DNA of 64,000 nt, from contig CALIHL010000124.1 of NCBI GenBank assembly GCA_938022935.1, forward strand, positions 11,585 to 75,584, given 5' to 3'. The notes under the pieces were generated by a model that worked only from the letters and a program-made list of their open reading frames with translations, had not been told where the DNA came from and made no database searches. The translations under genes and the position numbers were made by a program. Below are positions 1-9,734 of the stretch, one piece after another. This stretch comes from an uncultured Saprospiraceae bacterium. Lineage in GTDB: Bacteria; Bacteroidota; Bacteroidia; Chitinophagales; Saprospiraceae. Position 1 is the first letter of the stretch. Each line of letters opens with the position of its first letter.

Positions 1-1198
1 TGTTGATAGGCACTGTTGGATTGAGTGCATAATATTCTGATCCAAGTAGTCCTTGTTCTTCAGCCGTTACAAAAGTGAAAAGTACAGACCGTTCTGGTTT
101 ATTCTCTTGCTGTGTTAGGTTTTCTGCTATGGCAAGCACTGTTGCTGTTCCACTTGCATTATCTAATGCACCATTATAAATAGAATCACCGTTGACAACC
201 GCGCCAACCCCGATGTGATCCCAATGTGCACTGTACAAGACATATTCGTCTGGTTGAGTCGTGCCTTCAACATAAGCGATGACATTATCCGACTCATCCC
301 TTTTATAAACATTAGAAAGAGCGGCAGACATCGTAGAACCAAGTGGCACTGGTTTGAATCCCGGGGTTCTAGCTTTTTTAATCAACGCGCTAAGGTCATT
401 ACCGCTTGAAGCAAAAACTTCTTTAGCCATATCAAGGTGGATCCATCCTTTTATATCTGCTCCGTTCTGAACACTTTCTTTTTCTAATCCAAGTTGTGGA
501 CCTGTCCAACTACTTTGAACAACAAACCATGGATAACCGGCAGAGTTAGTCTCATGTATGATCAACAATCCTCTTGCTCCCTGACGATCGGCTTCTTCAT
601 ACTTGTAAGTCCATCTGCCGAAGTAGGTCATCACATCTCCTTTAAAGAAAGTGCTATCCTCTCCACCAAAACCTGGGTCGTTAACCAAGACCACCGCTAT
701 CTTATCTTTCATGTCAATGCCCGCAAAGTCATCCCAATCTGATTTATCAGATTGTATGCCATATCCGCAGAAGACTAGCTCTGCATCATCTATGTCAACA
801 GCATCTACTGTCTTTTGACAATGGATCACATAATCTTTACCAAACTGATACTCCTTGGTTCCTTTCGCACTATTAATGGTCATCGCTTCTGTAGATGTGC
901 TGGTTACCTCAACCATAGGAACTGACTGGGTATAAGAACCATTGTTTCCGGGTTGTAAGCCCATCTTTTTACACTGATCTACGAGATATGCCACAGACAT
1001 GGGATCTCCTGGACCAAATGGCATCCGGCCCATGTACTTATCATCAGCAAGTTCTTTTAGATGAGGGAGAATCTCTGATTCTACAATCTCTTGGGGCTCT
1101 TCTAAAGTGACAGAGCCTGCTGCAGGATCACAAGAATGTATCAGAATCACTGAGACAATTACACCTAACAATAAGAGCAAAGAAGCTTTTAAAGACAT
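1..1198 (-). CDS. M28-family Zn aminopeptidase, lipoprotein-like; partial, C-terminus beyond the window edge
   Basis: The minus-strand frame is open from ATG at 1198 to base 1. It is absent from the ORF track because no stop lies in the window. The N-terminus is MSLKASLLLLLGVIVSVILIHSC (signal plus Cys). An internal ...LYSAHWDHIG... metal-ligand block is typical of M28 peptidases. Confidence 0.75.
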   Translation of the reverse strand, partial: MSLKASLLLLLGVIVSVILIHSCDPAAGSVTLEEPQEIVESEILPHLKELADDKYMGRMPFGPGDPMSVAYLVDQCKKMGLQPGNNGSYTQSVPMVEVTSTSTEAMTINSAKGTKEYQFGKDYVIHCQKTVDAVDIDDAELVFCGYGIQSDKSDWDDFAGIDMKDKIAVVLVNDPGFGGEDSTFFKGDVMTYFGRWTYKYEEADRQGARGLLIIHETNSAGYPWFVVQSSWTGPQLGLEKESVQNGADIKGWIHLDMAKEVFASSGNDLSALIKKARTPGFKPVPLGSTMSAALSNVYKRDESDNVIAYVEGTTQPDEYVLYSAHWDHIGVGAVVNGDSIYNGALDNASGTATVLAIAENLTQQENKPERSVLFTFVTAEEQGLLGSEYYALNPTVPIN

Positions 1199-1260
1199 CA
1201 TTTTCAAGGTTAGTTCCGACACAAAATAGAAATTTTGCGTCGACAGCCTATCTTTAACCA

Positions 1261-1671
1261 ATGATAACACACCACACTTGTCAACTGCCCAGAAGATCGC
1301 GTGGTTATTATTTGATCACAGATGAGATTCTCGATTTACTTCCTTCACTACCTGAGTCAGGTCTTTTAAATCTTTTTATCAAGCATACGTCCGCAGGTAT
1401 TACCATCAATGAAAATGCTGACCCTTCAGTGAGAGTTGACTTCGAGTCGTACTTCAATCATATCGTGCCAGAGCGGATGCCTTTTATCACCCATGACATG
1501 GAAGGACCAGATGATATGCCAGCTCATATCAAGGCTGCTCTTGTTGGCTCTTCGGTTTCTATCCCGATTAATCAAGGAAGATTGATGCTAGGCACATGGC
1601 AAGGCATATATTTGTGTGAATTTCGTAATCACCCTCACGCAAGGCAGGTCATAGCCAGCATTTATTCTTAA
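1261..1671 (+). CDS. YjbQ/UPF0047 family protein (secondary thiamine-phosphate synthase-like)
   Basis: 136 aa. RGYYLITDEI...HTSAGITINENADPSV...GPDDMPAHIKAALVGSS...GTWQGIYLCEF matches the YjbQ family pattern. Confidence 0.75.
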   Translation: MITHHTCQLPRRSRGYYLITDEILDLLPSLPESGLLNLFIKHTSAGITINENADPSVRVDFESYFNHIVPERMPFITHDMEGPDDMPAHIKAALVGSSVSIPINQGRLMLGTWQGIYLCEFRNHPHARQVIASIYS

Positions 1672-1680
1672 GAAGAAACT

Positions 1681-2301
1681 ATGCAGTATATCGTTGAAGG
1701 CATCTTGTTTGGTCTCACCTTGACGATATTACTAGGACCTATATTCATCGTGTTGATTCAGTCTTCGCTTGAAAATGGAAGTAGAGCTGGGCTTATAGCC
1801 GCATCAGGGATCTGGTTTAGCGATATAGTGATAGTCGTTCTTTCTCTAAAGTTCGTCCAGAACATCTCACCTTATGTACAAAGCAAAGGTTTTGTTTTGT
1901 GGGTTGGATTGATAGGAGGAGCGGTTCTTATTGGGGTTGGTATTGTCACCTTATTTAAAAAAGCAGTGATCAACTTTAAAGGAGAGCCCATGGGCAAAAG
2001 CGGGATCTTTAGTTACTGGATCAAAGGCTTTATGGTCAATACGGTCAATCCTTTCACTTTCATATTTTGGCTCAGTACCATCACAACTTTCGTAGCAAAG
2101 CGACAACTCAATAATCTAGAAAGTTGGCTGTTTGTTGGTTCTATTATATTCACCATCATTGTAACCGACTCCATTAAAGTCTTCCTCGCCAAAGTGATTA
2201 GAAAACGTATAACTACTGAGAAATTAACTTTGATCAATAAGATAGCTGGATCGGCTCTAATCATTTTTGGATTTATACTGTTATTGAGAAGTGTTGTCTG
2301 A
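1681..2301 (+). CDS. LysE/RhtB family amino-acid efflux translocator
   Basis: 206 aa with about 6 hydrophobic segments. The LGPIF N-terminal motif and NP..F.FW block are typical of LysE translocators. Confidence 0.7.
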   Translation: MQYIVEGILFGLTLTILLGPIFIVLIQSSLENGSRAGLIAASGIWFSDIVIVVLSLKFVQNISPYVQSKGFVLWVGLIGGAVLIGVGIVTLFKKAVINFKGEPMGKSGIFSYWIKGFMVNTVNPFTFIFWLSTITTFVAKRQLNNLESWLFVGSIIFTIIVTDSIKVFLAKVIRKRITTEKLTLINKIAGSALIIFGFILLLRSVV

Positions 2302-2349
2302 AAGCTTACTTTTGCAGCTTTTTAATACAGAGATTTACAAGCATATATC

Positions 2350-3450
2350 ATGAGTCACGAGTTTCACAGCTTGCGGGTTAGCCAAATAGTCCGGGAAACA
2401 GAACAAGCTACTAGTATATACTTTGAGGTGCCAGAAGACTTAGCTGATAGCTATAGTTATAAAGCAGGTCAATACTTGACCCTCAAGTTCGAGATCAAAG
2501 GTTCGGAAGTAAGACGTGCCTACTCTATATGCACCAGTCCTTTAGACAAAGAGATCGGTGTTAATGTCAAGAGAGTAAATAAGGGCTTAGTGTCTAACTA
2601 CATCAATGATAATATCAAAGAAGGTGATACAATAGATGTGATGCAGCCGGATGGTTCATTTGGCATAGACCATGATCATAATCAAGCTCGCGAGTTCTAC
2701 TTAATTGCATCTGGTAGTGGTATAACGCCGATCATGTCGATCTTGAAGACCTTGTTGGAGGAAGAGCCCAAGTCACGTTGCCACCTCCTCTACGGTAACA
2801 AAAATGAAAACTCAGTCATCTTTAAAGATCAACTACTAGAGTTACAGAGCAAGTATGCTGGTCAGTTCTTTTATAAGCAAACACTATCTCAACCAGTCAA
2901 AACAAAACAAGGCGGCTTAAAGGGCATGTTCTCACGCGGGAAAGAAAGTTGGACGGGTTGGAAAGGAAGATTAGATGGTAAAAAAGTCGATGCTTACCTT
3001 TTAGAAAACCCTCCTGTCAACAAGGAGGTGCACTACTTCGTCTGTGGACCAGGAGCGATGATTGATACATTGATCGATCACCTTGAGAACAAAGGTGTTG
3101 CTAAAGACAATCTACATACAGAACACTTTGTCACGGCAGCTCCAGCTGGAGGACTTGCTGCATCAGGTGGTGTGGCGAGCAAAGTAAAAGCACACCTTAA
3201 TGGTAAAGAGTTTGACATGGAGGTTTCTGCTGATAAAACGATACTGGATGTCATGATCGACGAAAAAATAGATGCCCCTTACTCATGTACAAGTGGGGCG
3301 TGCTCTACGTGCATAGCGAAAGTCATAAAAGGAGATGTCTCCATGGATGCATGCTATGCACTAGATGATGATGAGGTAGCATCTGGATATATTTTGGTTT
3401 GTCAAAGTAGAGCCCAAAGCTCTGAAGTAGAGTTAACATTTGATACATAG
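2350..3450 (+). CDS. FNR-like oxidoreductase with C-terminal plant-type 2Fe-2S ferredoxin domain (PaaE-like)
   Basis: 366 aa. It has an RAYS FAD-binding motif, GSGITP NAD-binding motif and a C-terminal CxxxxCxxC...C cluster (YSCTSGACSTCIAK...LVCQS). A TACTTTTG -7 box lies at 2307-2314. Confidence 0.75.
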   Translation: MSHEFHSLRVSQIVRETEQATSIYFEVPEDLADSYSYKAGQYLTLKFEIKGSEVRRAYSICTSPLDKEIGVNVKRVNKGLVSNYINDNIKEGDTIDVMQPDGSFGIDHDHNQAREFYLIASGSGITPIMSILKTLLEEEPKSRCHLLYGNKNENSVIFKDQLLELQSKYAGQFFYKQTLSQPVKTKQGGLKGMFSRGKESWTGWKGRLDGKKVDAYLLENPPVNKEVHYFVCGPGAMIDTLIDHLENKGVAKDNLHTEHFVTAAPAGGLAASGGVASKVKAHLNGKEFDMEVSADKTILDVMIDEKIDAPYSCTSGACSTCIAKVIKGDVSMDACYALDDDEVASGYILVCQSRAQSSEVELTFDT

Positions 3451-3465
3451 TAAAACAAAAGGAAG

Positions 3466-3891
3466 ATGACGATAGATGAGATAGTAGCAGTAAGTGGTTT
3501 GCCTGGTCTTTATAAGATAGCAGGAAGTCGGTCCAATGGTATGATCATAGAAGATATAGTGACTGGTAAGTCAAAGTTTGCTTCTATGCGTAAGCACCAG
3601 TTTACACCACTGGGCACAGTTGCGATATACACCAATGAGGACGCCACTGAACTCAATACTGTTTTTGAAACAATCGCAGAGCAAGAGGCTACAAATCCTC
3701 CGCCACCATTGGCAACTCCTAAGCCTGATTTGTTCAAGTACTTCAGCACGATACTTCCTGATTATGACCATGACCAAGTGATGGTGAGTGATGTCAAGAA
3801 GGTGATCAAGTGGTATAACTTTCTGAAGGAACACAGCTTGTTTCCATTTGACCCAAGATCAGAAGAGGGAGCTTCGGAAGAAGAAGAATAG
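3466..3891 (+). CDS. DUF5606-like protein
   Basis: 141 aa. The N-terminus VAVSGLPGLYKIAG...G resembles the Bacteroidetes DUF5606 family as I remember it. The C-terminal tail is acidic. Confidence 0.45.
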   Translation: MTIDEIVAVSGLPGLYKIAGSRSNGMIIEDIVTGKSKFASMRKHQFTPLGTVAIYTNEDATELNTVFETIAEQEATNPPPPLATPKPDLFKYFSTILPDYDHDQVMVSDVKKVIKWYNFLKEHSLFPFDPRSEEGASEEEE

Positions 3892-4039
3892 ATCTATTTA
3901 CTGCCAATAAGACATAGGACGATCTAATGGGTCGCATCTTTTCTCTTTAGATCTCAAGATCTATGACAAAATGGCCGCAAATCATCTATGGCAATAATAT
4001 TGATCATCAAGCTATAGCGATTAATAGGATAATGTAACT

Positions 4040-4633
4040 ATGAGTAACGAAGACGAAAAAGAGATCATCCAAGAAGAGCAAAACGATGCTACAGGTGAGA
4101 CAACTGAGACTCAATCAGAGGAGGAAGAAAAGCCAAAGAAGAAAAAGAGGTTTGGCAGGAAGGATAAGTCAGAAGAGCTGAAGGGAAAGATCAATGATCT
4201 GGAACAAGAGCTTGGTGAAGCCAAGGATAAGTACTTGAGACTCTTTGCTGAGTTTGACAACTTCAAGAAGCGTACAATAAAGGAGAAAATCGACTTTATG
4301 AGTACGGCTGGGCGTGAGACGATTGCAGCTATACTACCAGTCCTTGATGATTTTGATCGAGCAAAGAAAAGCGCAGAAGATAGCGACAGCAGCGAGACCT
4401 TCTCTGAAGGTGTAACCTTAGTGTATAACAAGCTTCATGGCATCATGAAGTCTAAAGGAGTAGTTGCCATGGAAAGTACAGGTGAAGATTTTGATCCAGA
4501 ACTACACGAAGCAATCACAGAGATACCTGCACCAACAGAAGATATGAAAGGTAAGATCATAGATACCATCGAAAACGGATACTTACTTAATGATAAGATC
4601 ATCAGGCATGCTAAAGTGGTAGTAGGCAAGTGA
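4040..4633 (+). CDS. grpE: nucleotide exchange factor GrpE
   Basis: 197 aa. An acidic N-terminus is followed by YLRLFAEFDNFKKR and a C-terminal beta-domain ending ...IRHAKVVV. Confidence 0.95.
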   Translation: MSNEDEKEIIQEEQNDATGETTETQSEEEEKPKKKKRFGRKDKSEELKGKINDLEQELGEAKDKYLRLFAEFDNFKKRTIKEKIDFMSTAGRETIAAILPVLDDFDRAKKSAEDSDSSETFSEGVTLVYNKLHGIMKSKGVVAMESTGEDFDPELHEAITEIPAPTEDMKGKIIDTIENGYLLNDKIIRHAKVVVGK

Positions 4634-4650
4634 TGTACAGCACAGAATAA

Positions 4651-5808
4651 ATGGCGAAAAGAGATTTTTACGAGATACTTGGTGTTCCCAAGAATGCACC
4701 AGATACAGATATCAAAAAAGCTTATCGGAAGGTAGCGTTAAAATATCATCCTGATAGAAACCCAGACGATAAGGAAGCTGAAGACAAGTTCAAGGAGGCA
4801 GCTGAAGCTTATGAGATCTTAAGTGATGCTGATAAGCGAGCTCGTTATGATAGATACGGTCATGCCGGTGTAAACAACCAAGGTGGTGGATTCTCCGGTG
4901 GAGGCAGTATGAACATGGAAGATATTTTTGAACACTTTGGAGACATCTTTGGTGATTCAGGAAGTCCATTTGAAAGCTTCTTTGGTGGAGGCAGATCGAG
5001 AGGAGCCACCAAGGGCCAAAGAGGGTCCAATCTTAGGATCAAAGTGAGCTTAACTTTGGAAGAGGTAGCAAAAGGCATCACTAAAAAGATCAAAGTTAAA
5101 AAGCAAAGTGCTTGCGACACCTGTGGAGGCTCAGGAGCTAAAGACGCTTCTTCTGTATCCACTTGCGGTACTTGTAGAGGATCTGGATATGTACGTCAAG
5201 TAAAGAGCACTTTCTTAGGGCAGATGCAGACAACTGCTGCTTGTCCTACTTGTAAAGGATCTGGCCAAACTATTACGGCCAATTGTGCAAGCTGTAAAGG
5301 AGATGGTAGAATGTACGCCGAGGAAACTCTGGATATAGAGATACCAGCTGGAGTTGCAGAAGGGATGCAGTTGTCTATGAGAGGCAAAGGCAATGCCGGC
5401 AAAGCGGGAGGACCATCAGGGGACTTACTCATTGTAATTGAAGAGATAGAACATCCTACTTTGCTCAGAGATGGCAACAATGTCATTTATGATTTATTCT
5501 TAAACTTTGCAGATGCGGCTTTGGGAACGGCTGTTCAAGTGCCCACATTAGATGGTGATGTTAAGATCAAAGTGCCTGCAGGTTCTCAAGCAGGTAAAAT
5601 ATTCCGCCTTAAGGGCAAAGGAATACCAGAAGTCCAAGGTTATAAAAAGGGTGATCAGTTGATTAACGTCAACATTTGGACGCCAAAGAAACTAAGTGAC
5701 GAAGAAACTAAGTTACTTGAGAAGATGCGTGATATGCCAGCTTTTAAGCCAGCACCGGGAAAAGATGAAAAAGGCTTTTTTGAGCGCATGAAAGACTTCT
5801 TTGAATAA
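4651..5808 (+). CDS. dnaJ: molecular chaperone DnaJ
   Basis: 385 aa. It has a J-domain with HPD, a G/F-rich linker and four CxxCxGxG zinc-finger repeats. Confidence 0.97.
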   Translation: MAKRDFYEILGVPKNAPDTDIKKAYRKVALKYHPDRNPDDKEAEDKFKEAAEAYEILSDADKRARYDRYGHAGVNNQGGGFSGGGSMNMEDIFEHFGDIFGDSGSPFESFFGGGRSRGATKGQRGSNLRIKVSLTLEEVAKGITKKIKVKKQSACDTCGGSGAKDASSVSTCGTCRGSGYVRQVKSTFLGQMQTTAACPTCKGSGQTITANCASCKGDGRMYAEETLDIEIPAGVAEGMQLSMRGKGNAGKAGGPSGDLLIVIEEIEHPTLLRDGNNVIYDLFLNFADAALGTAVQVPTLDGDVKIKVPAGSQAGKIFRLKGKGIPEVQGYKKGDQLINVNIWTPKKLSDEETKLLEKMRDMPAFKPAPGKDEKGFFERMKDFFE

Positions 5809-5825
5809 TCAGCACTCTTATTATT

Positions 5826-6287
5826 ATGTTTCGTATCAGTATAAAAACCCTACTTCTTATCATGTATTGTATGGTTGCTCTGATGACGAGTTGCGACAAT
5901 GACATCGTGTCTATTGCTACAAAAGAAGTACCTGAAAACGGATGGGCTGAAAAGTATGATCTGTCTTTTGACTTGTCGTCTATAGAAGCTGGTCAACTTT
6001 ACATCCGGATAGAGCATGCAGAGTCCTACGGATATGAGAACATTTATCTAAAGAGCACTATACTTAGTGATACTGATACCTTATCAAGTGAAGTATACTC
6101 TATCCCTCTTATGACTGATAAGGGACAATGGGTCGGAAGTACTTCCAACGATTTGTTGAGTGTGGATCACCTTTATCCTTTCCAGCCTTTGCCAAGTGGT
6201 GCTACATCAATACAGATACAGCAGTACTCTCGAGCATTCCTCCTCAAGGATATTGAGAAAGTATCACTGCTCGTCAAAAAGCAATAA
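5826..6287 (+). CDS. gldH: GldH-like gliding-motility lipoprotein
   Basis: 153 aa. It has a lipoprotein signal (LMTSC). Size and W...F.F...Y...R...Y.Y.N.YL...G.W.G spacing resemble GldH. The assignment is from memory only. Confidence 0.45.
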   Translation: MFRISIKTLLLIMYCMVALMTSCDNDIVSIATKEVPENGWAEKYDLSFDLSSIEAGQLYIRIEHAESYGYENIYLKSTILSDTDTLSSEVYSIPLMTDKGQWVGSTSNDLLSVDHLYPFQPLPSGATSIQIQQYSRAFLLKDIEKVSLLVKKQ

Positions 6288-6300
6288 CCAGAAATAAAAA

Positions 6301-6324
6301 ACCACATGAAGTTATTCATGTGGT
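6301..6324 (-). terminator. Rho-independent terminator hairpin between gldH-like and arsR-like genes
   Basis: Perfect 10-bp stem ACCACATGAA/TTCATGTGGT with loop GTTA. An A-run at 6294-6300 gives a U-run on the minus-strand transcript. Confidence 0.6.
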
Positions 6325-6341
6325 ATGGAGTGTTTCTTTTA

Positions 6342-6659
6342 CTACGCTGCTACAGTCTTACCTAAAAACCGATCAACGGCTCTTCCTGCTTTCGCAACGA
6401 TAGGATAGTTTATAGTGTAATAGACTTTCTTCCCTTCTCTTCTCCCTATCACTACACCTGCAAGTCTCAATATCTTTAAATGTTGAGAAGTGATAGATTG
6501 CTCTATCTGAAGTTCATGGTAGATTTTGTTGACGTTGGTCTCTCCCTTCTGATCTATATATTCCAATATTTTCAACCGAAGCGGATGAGCTAGTGCGCGC
6601 ATGAGATTGCACGAATAATTGAGCTTATCGCTACTAAACCGAACCTTAGTTTGTTTCAT
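6342..6659 (-). CDS. ArsR/SmtB-family winged-helix transcriptional regulator
   Basis: 105 aa. LAHPLRLKILEYI...SITSQHLKILRLAGVV...GKKVYY is the ArsR HTH signature. There is only one Cys. Confidence 0.8.
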   Translation of the reverse strand: MKQTKVRFSSDKLNYSCNLMRALAHPLRLKILEYIDQKGETNVNKIYHELQIEQSITSQHLKILRLAGVVIGRREGKKVYYTINYPIVAKAGRAVDRFLGKTVAA

Positions 6660-6735
6660 TGAGTTTTCTTATTTCTTATCGACCTTGAGACAAATATGAA
6701 TATTAATTTCGGTCTGACAAAGAAATATTACAAAA

Positions 6736-6772
6736 AAGTCTAATCTGAAAACTAAATTTTCGGATTAGACTT
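6736..6772 (-). terminator. Rho-independent terminator after the second arsR-like gene
   Basis: 16-bp stem AAGTCTAATCTGAAAA/ATTTTCGGATTAGACTT with one G-U pair and loop CTAA. It is flanked by an A-run upstream and a T-run downstream. Confidence 0.6.
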
Positions 6773-6853
6773 TTAAATCGTTACGTCTGTACAGAAATAA
6801 AGCGTAAAACTCTCTAACTCAAATAACTATGTTTAGATACTTAAAGTAGTAGC

Positions 6854-7192
6854 TTATCCAGCAAGGTCCTCGACCAACTTGGATATTTGCTCCAAGCGCT
6901 CATTGTTGAGCGAATAGTAGATGAACTTGCCTTGTCTCTCGGTGATCACAACACCTGCCCTCCTTAGGATCGCCAAATGTTGAGATGCAACAGACTGCTC
7001 TAGTCTTAACTTAATGTAGATGTCAGTCACTGTCATTGTCTCTCCAGTCTCAAGCAAATCAATGATGCGCTGACGCAACTTGTGATTAACCGCACGGAGA
7101 ACCAGAACAGCTTTTCTGAGTTCGGTGTAGTCCAGTTGGACATTAGCCGTACCTTTCTTAAGCGTTACTGTTTCGTTTTTCTTACTTCTCAT
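6854..7192 (-). CDS. ArsR/SmtB-family winged-helix transcriptional regulator, Cys-free
   Basis: 112 aa. NHKLRQRIIDLL...SVASQHLAILRRAGVV...GKFIYY. It contains no cysteine. Confidence 0.8.
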   Translation of the reverse strand: MRSKKNETVTLKKGTANVQLDYTELRKAVLVLRAVNHKLRQRIIDLLETGETMTVTDIYIKLRLEQSVASQHLAILRRAGVVITERQGKFIYYSLNNERLEQISKLVEDLAG

Positions 7193-7354
7193 TTAATAAT
7201 AGGTTTTAAACAGTTTTCGAGTTGTTTCACATTGTAGAACCAAACATTATGCCGAAAACACATATTTAAACTGTCAACTACCTTTCGCGATAGTCGCAAC
7301 CTTCTGTAAATCAACAAATTAGAGGAGGGAAAAGTGCCGGAGACATTCTTAAAT

Positions 7355-8044
7355 TTATGGTAAAATCCTTTTTTTGGACTTCGTGATATTAGGGCTCTTG
7401 TAATAAAACGGGTCGTGATATGCGATATCAACAAATTCTTGTTGTTCGTATTTGCCCTGAGCAAGAGGAAGAAGAAGCTTAGCATCACATACAGATACGT
7501 GCTGATGTATATCATGATATGCCGCTAAGAGTTCATTAGCCTTCTCAACACCAGTACCACAGATCGTCATGGTTCCATAGGCTTCATACAGTGCAGCGAT
7601 CTCTTCTGCTGTCCATATGATAGCATGTGTCTCTTTGATCGTACTACCATCTCCCTTCATGATTAATGCGTAGACTTCCATACGGCGCGCATCAAGCGTA
7701 GAAAATACGACATTGTCCGGCTTAGCGCCAACCTCCATACCTAAAGCCTCAAGGGTGGGCACTGCAATCATAGGTATGTCTAATGCATAACACATGGCTT
7801 TAGCAGTACTTGCGCCAACCCTAAGGCCTGTATAAGAGCCAGGACCATTGCTTATAGCAATTGCTGAGAGTTTTTGCATGGATATACCCGAAGCATCAAC
7901 AACATTCTTTATAAGACCTGTCAGAGCGCTACTGTGTCTCATACCAGTAGCAAGAGATGCTTCTCCTACGATAACATCATCTTTGCTCATTGCTACAGAG
8001 CATACATCTGTAGCGGTCTCGATACCTATTATATAAGACGACAA
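7355..8044 (-). CDS. tsaB: tRNA t6A37 threonylcarbamoyl-transfer complex dimerization subunit TsaB
   Basis: 229 aa. IIGIETATDVCSVAM...GPGSYTGLRVG is typical of TsaB/YeaZ. Confidence 0.85.
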   Translation of the reverse strand: MSSYIIGIETATDVCSVAMSKDDVIVGEASLATGMRHSSALTGLIKNVVDASGISMQKLSAIAISNGPGSYTGLRVGASTAKAMCYALDIPMIAVPTLEALGMEVGAKPDNVVFSTLDARRMEVYALIMKGDGSTIKETHAIIWTAEEIAALYEAYGTMTICGTGVEKANELLAAYHDIHQHVSVCDAKLLLPLAQGKYEQQEFVDIAYHDPFYYKSPNITKSKKRILP

Positions 8045-8046
8045 CC

Positions 8047-9669
8047 TTACTGCAGTAGTTTATTATAGCGCTGAGGGTTGCCCAAGAGTTTGATGGCTTC
8101 ATCTATCTCAGGATCATTCTTTAACCGCTGAAAAGCCTTTCCTTCTTGGAAGTGGTATCGTTGCGCTAACTCTATCTCGATTCGTTTTGTGATCTCATCT
8201 TTGAACTCTTGTAAGTCGTCTGCCTTATCCTTTTCGACTTTAGACTTTATCGCTTGTACTTCTGACTGAAGTTCATCACTGTTTTTAGCTTGCTCAAGCA
8301 AGTTTGATAGAGCTGACTCTACCTTTGTATCATACTTAAAGCCCGCCTTTTTGACGAAAGAAGTAAAGTCGGCGTATTTGTCGAAAGACAGATCAGTCAT
8401 GTTCGGCGCCTCTGGATTATCTTTTATATACTGATTGACATACTTAAAGATCCAATTATTCTCATCAAGCGATAGTAGGATCTCTGACGGCTTAAAAGGA
8501 TCAAGTTTAACATCAGGCGTTACGCCTCCTCCATCTAGTACAGGTCGTCCACCTTTTGTTTTAAATACCTCACGCTCGCTATCTGGTATATCCTTCGGCT
8601 CACCATTCTCATAGGCTACACTCTGGATACATCGCCCAGATGGGATATAATACTTAGAAGTGGTCACTTTGATTCTCGAATTATAACCCACTTCTTGCTG
8701 GTTTTGCACAAGTCCCTTACCGTAAGAACGCTGCCCCATCACAACGCCTCGATCATAATCTTGGATAGCCCCAGATACGATCTCAGAAGCAGATGCGCTG
8801 CTCTTATTAATCAGCACCACGATCGGCAAATCAATGTCGATTGGCGTTCTCCTCGTACGATATGCCTGATCTCGCTCACGCACCTTTCCTTTAGTCGTCA
8901 CGACAAGCGATTCCTTTGGCAAGAAGATGCCCAGTATATCTATTGCTTCGCCCAAAAGCCCTCCACCATTATTTCTTAGGTCAAGGACAAGTCCTTGTAG
9001 GTCATTGTTCTCAGCTCTTAACTTTCTTAAGGCTTTGGCTATGTTCTTTCCTGCTTCTCGCGTAAATGTCGTCAACGTGATATACCCTACTTTGTCGCTT
9101 ACCATGCCACTGTATGGGACATTAGGTATATCTACTGCAGAACGCGTGATGTCATAGTTGAATGTTTCTTTCTCTTCAGGTCTAAAGACACCGATCTGAA
9201 GCGATGTTCCTGGAAATCCTCGTAAGAAAACCACAACATCTTCATACGAGCGGCCTTTGGTAGATTGACCATTGATACTTGATATCTGGTCTCCTACTTG
9301 GATGCCCGCCTCATAAGATGGGCCATCTTTATATACCTCTACGATCGTCACCTTACCGTCCACATCTTTGCTGGAAGCGCCTAAACCGTCATATTTGTTA
9401 TCCAATGATATTCGATAGCTTTCCACTTGCGACTCAGAATAATAGACCGTATATGGATCCAGACTATTCATGATGGCATCGATCCCTGTTCTCATCACCG
9501 TATTGGGGTCCAACTCATCTACGTAGTGCGTATTGAGCTCTTTGTACACTGACGTAAATATTTCAAGGTTCTTAGCGATCTCAAAATACTTGTTGTCATT
9601 GTTAAGAGTTACTGATGATGTGCCTATAAAGACGACAACGAGGGCCGCGGCAATTAACTTTTTATTCAT
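8047..9669 (-). CDS. S41-family carboxy-terminal processing peptidase with PDZ domain
   Basis: 540 aa. It has a signal peptide, a PDZ block (GIQVGDQISSING) and a catalytic-Ser region (LINKSSASASEIVSGA). Confidence 0.85.
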   Translation of the reverse strand: MNKKLIAAALVVVFIGTSSVTLNNDNKYFEIAKNLEIFTSVYKELNTHYVDELDPNTVMRTGIDAIMNSLDPYTVYYSESQVESYRISLDNKYDGLGASSKDVDGKVTIVEVYKDGPSYEAGIQVGDQISSINGQSTKGRSYEDVVVFLRGFPGTSLQIGVFRPEEKETFNYDITRSAVDIPNVPYSGMVSDKVGYITLTTFTREAGKNIAKALRKLRAENNDLQGLVLDLRNNGGGLLGEAIDILGIFLPKESLVVTTKGKVRERDQAYRTRRTPIDIDLPIVVLINKSSASASEIVSGAIQDYDRGVVMGQRSYGKGLVQNQQEVGYNSRIKVTTSKYYIPSGRCIQSVAYENGEPKDIPDSEREVFKTKGGRPVLDGGGVTPDVKLDPFKPSEILLSLDENNWIFKYVNQYIKDNPEAPNMTDLSFDKYADFTSFVKKAGFKYDTKVESALSNLLEQAKNSDELQSEVQAIKSKVEKDKADDLQEFKDEITKRIEIELAQRYHFQEGKAFQRLKNDPEIDEAIKLLGNPQRYNKLLQ

Positions 9670-9734
9670 ATCGATATATACTGTAGCTTATGAAACGTCC
9701 TTACTAAGAGATTTGATACAATTAGATGAAGTCG

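Noticed and set aside
3948-3963. Palindrome TAGATCT-CA-AGATCTA upstream of grpE as a CIRCE/HrcA heat-shock operator
   Set aside because: It does not resemble the CIRCE consensus (TTAGCACTC-N9-GAGTGCTAA). At 7 bp per arm in AT-rich DNA it is too short to be meaningful alone.
7189-7515. 108-aa minus-strand ORF overlapping the tsaB 3' end
   Set aside because: It overlaps tsaB out of frame and runs through the arsR promoter region. Its composition is low-complexity and hydrophobic or odd, and it matches no family. It is most likely spurious.
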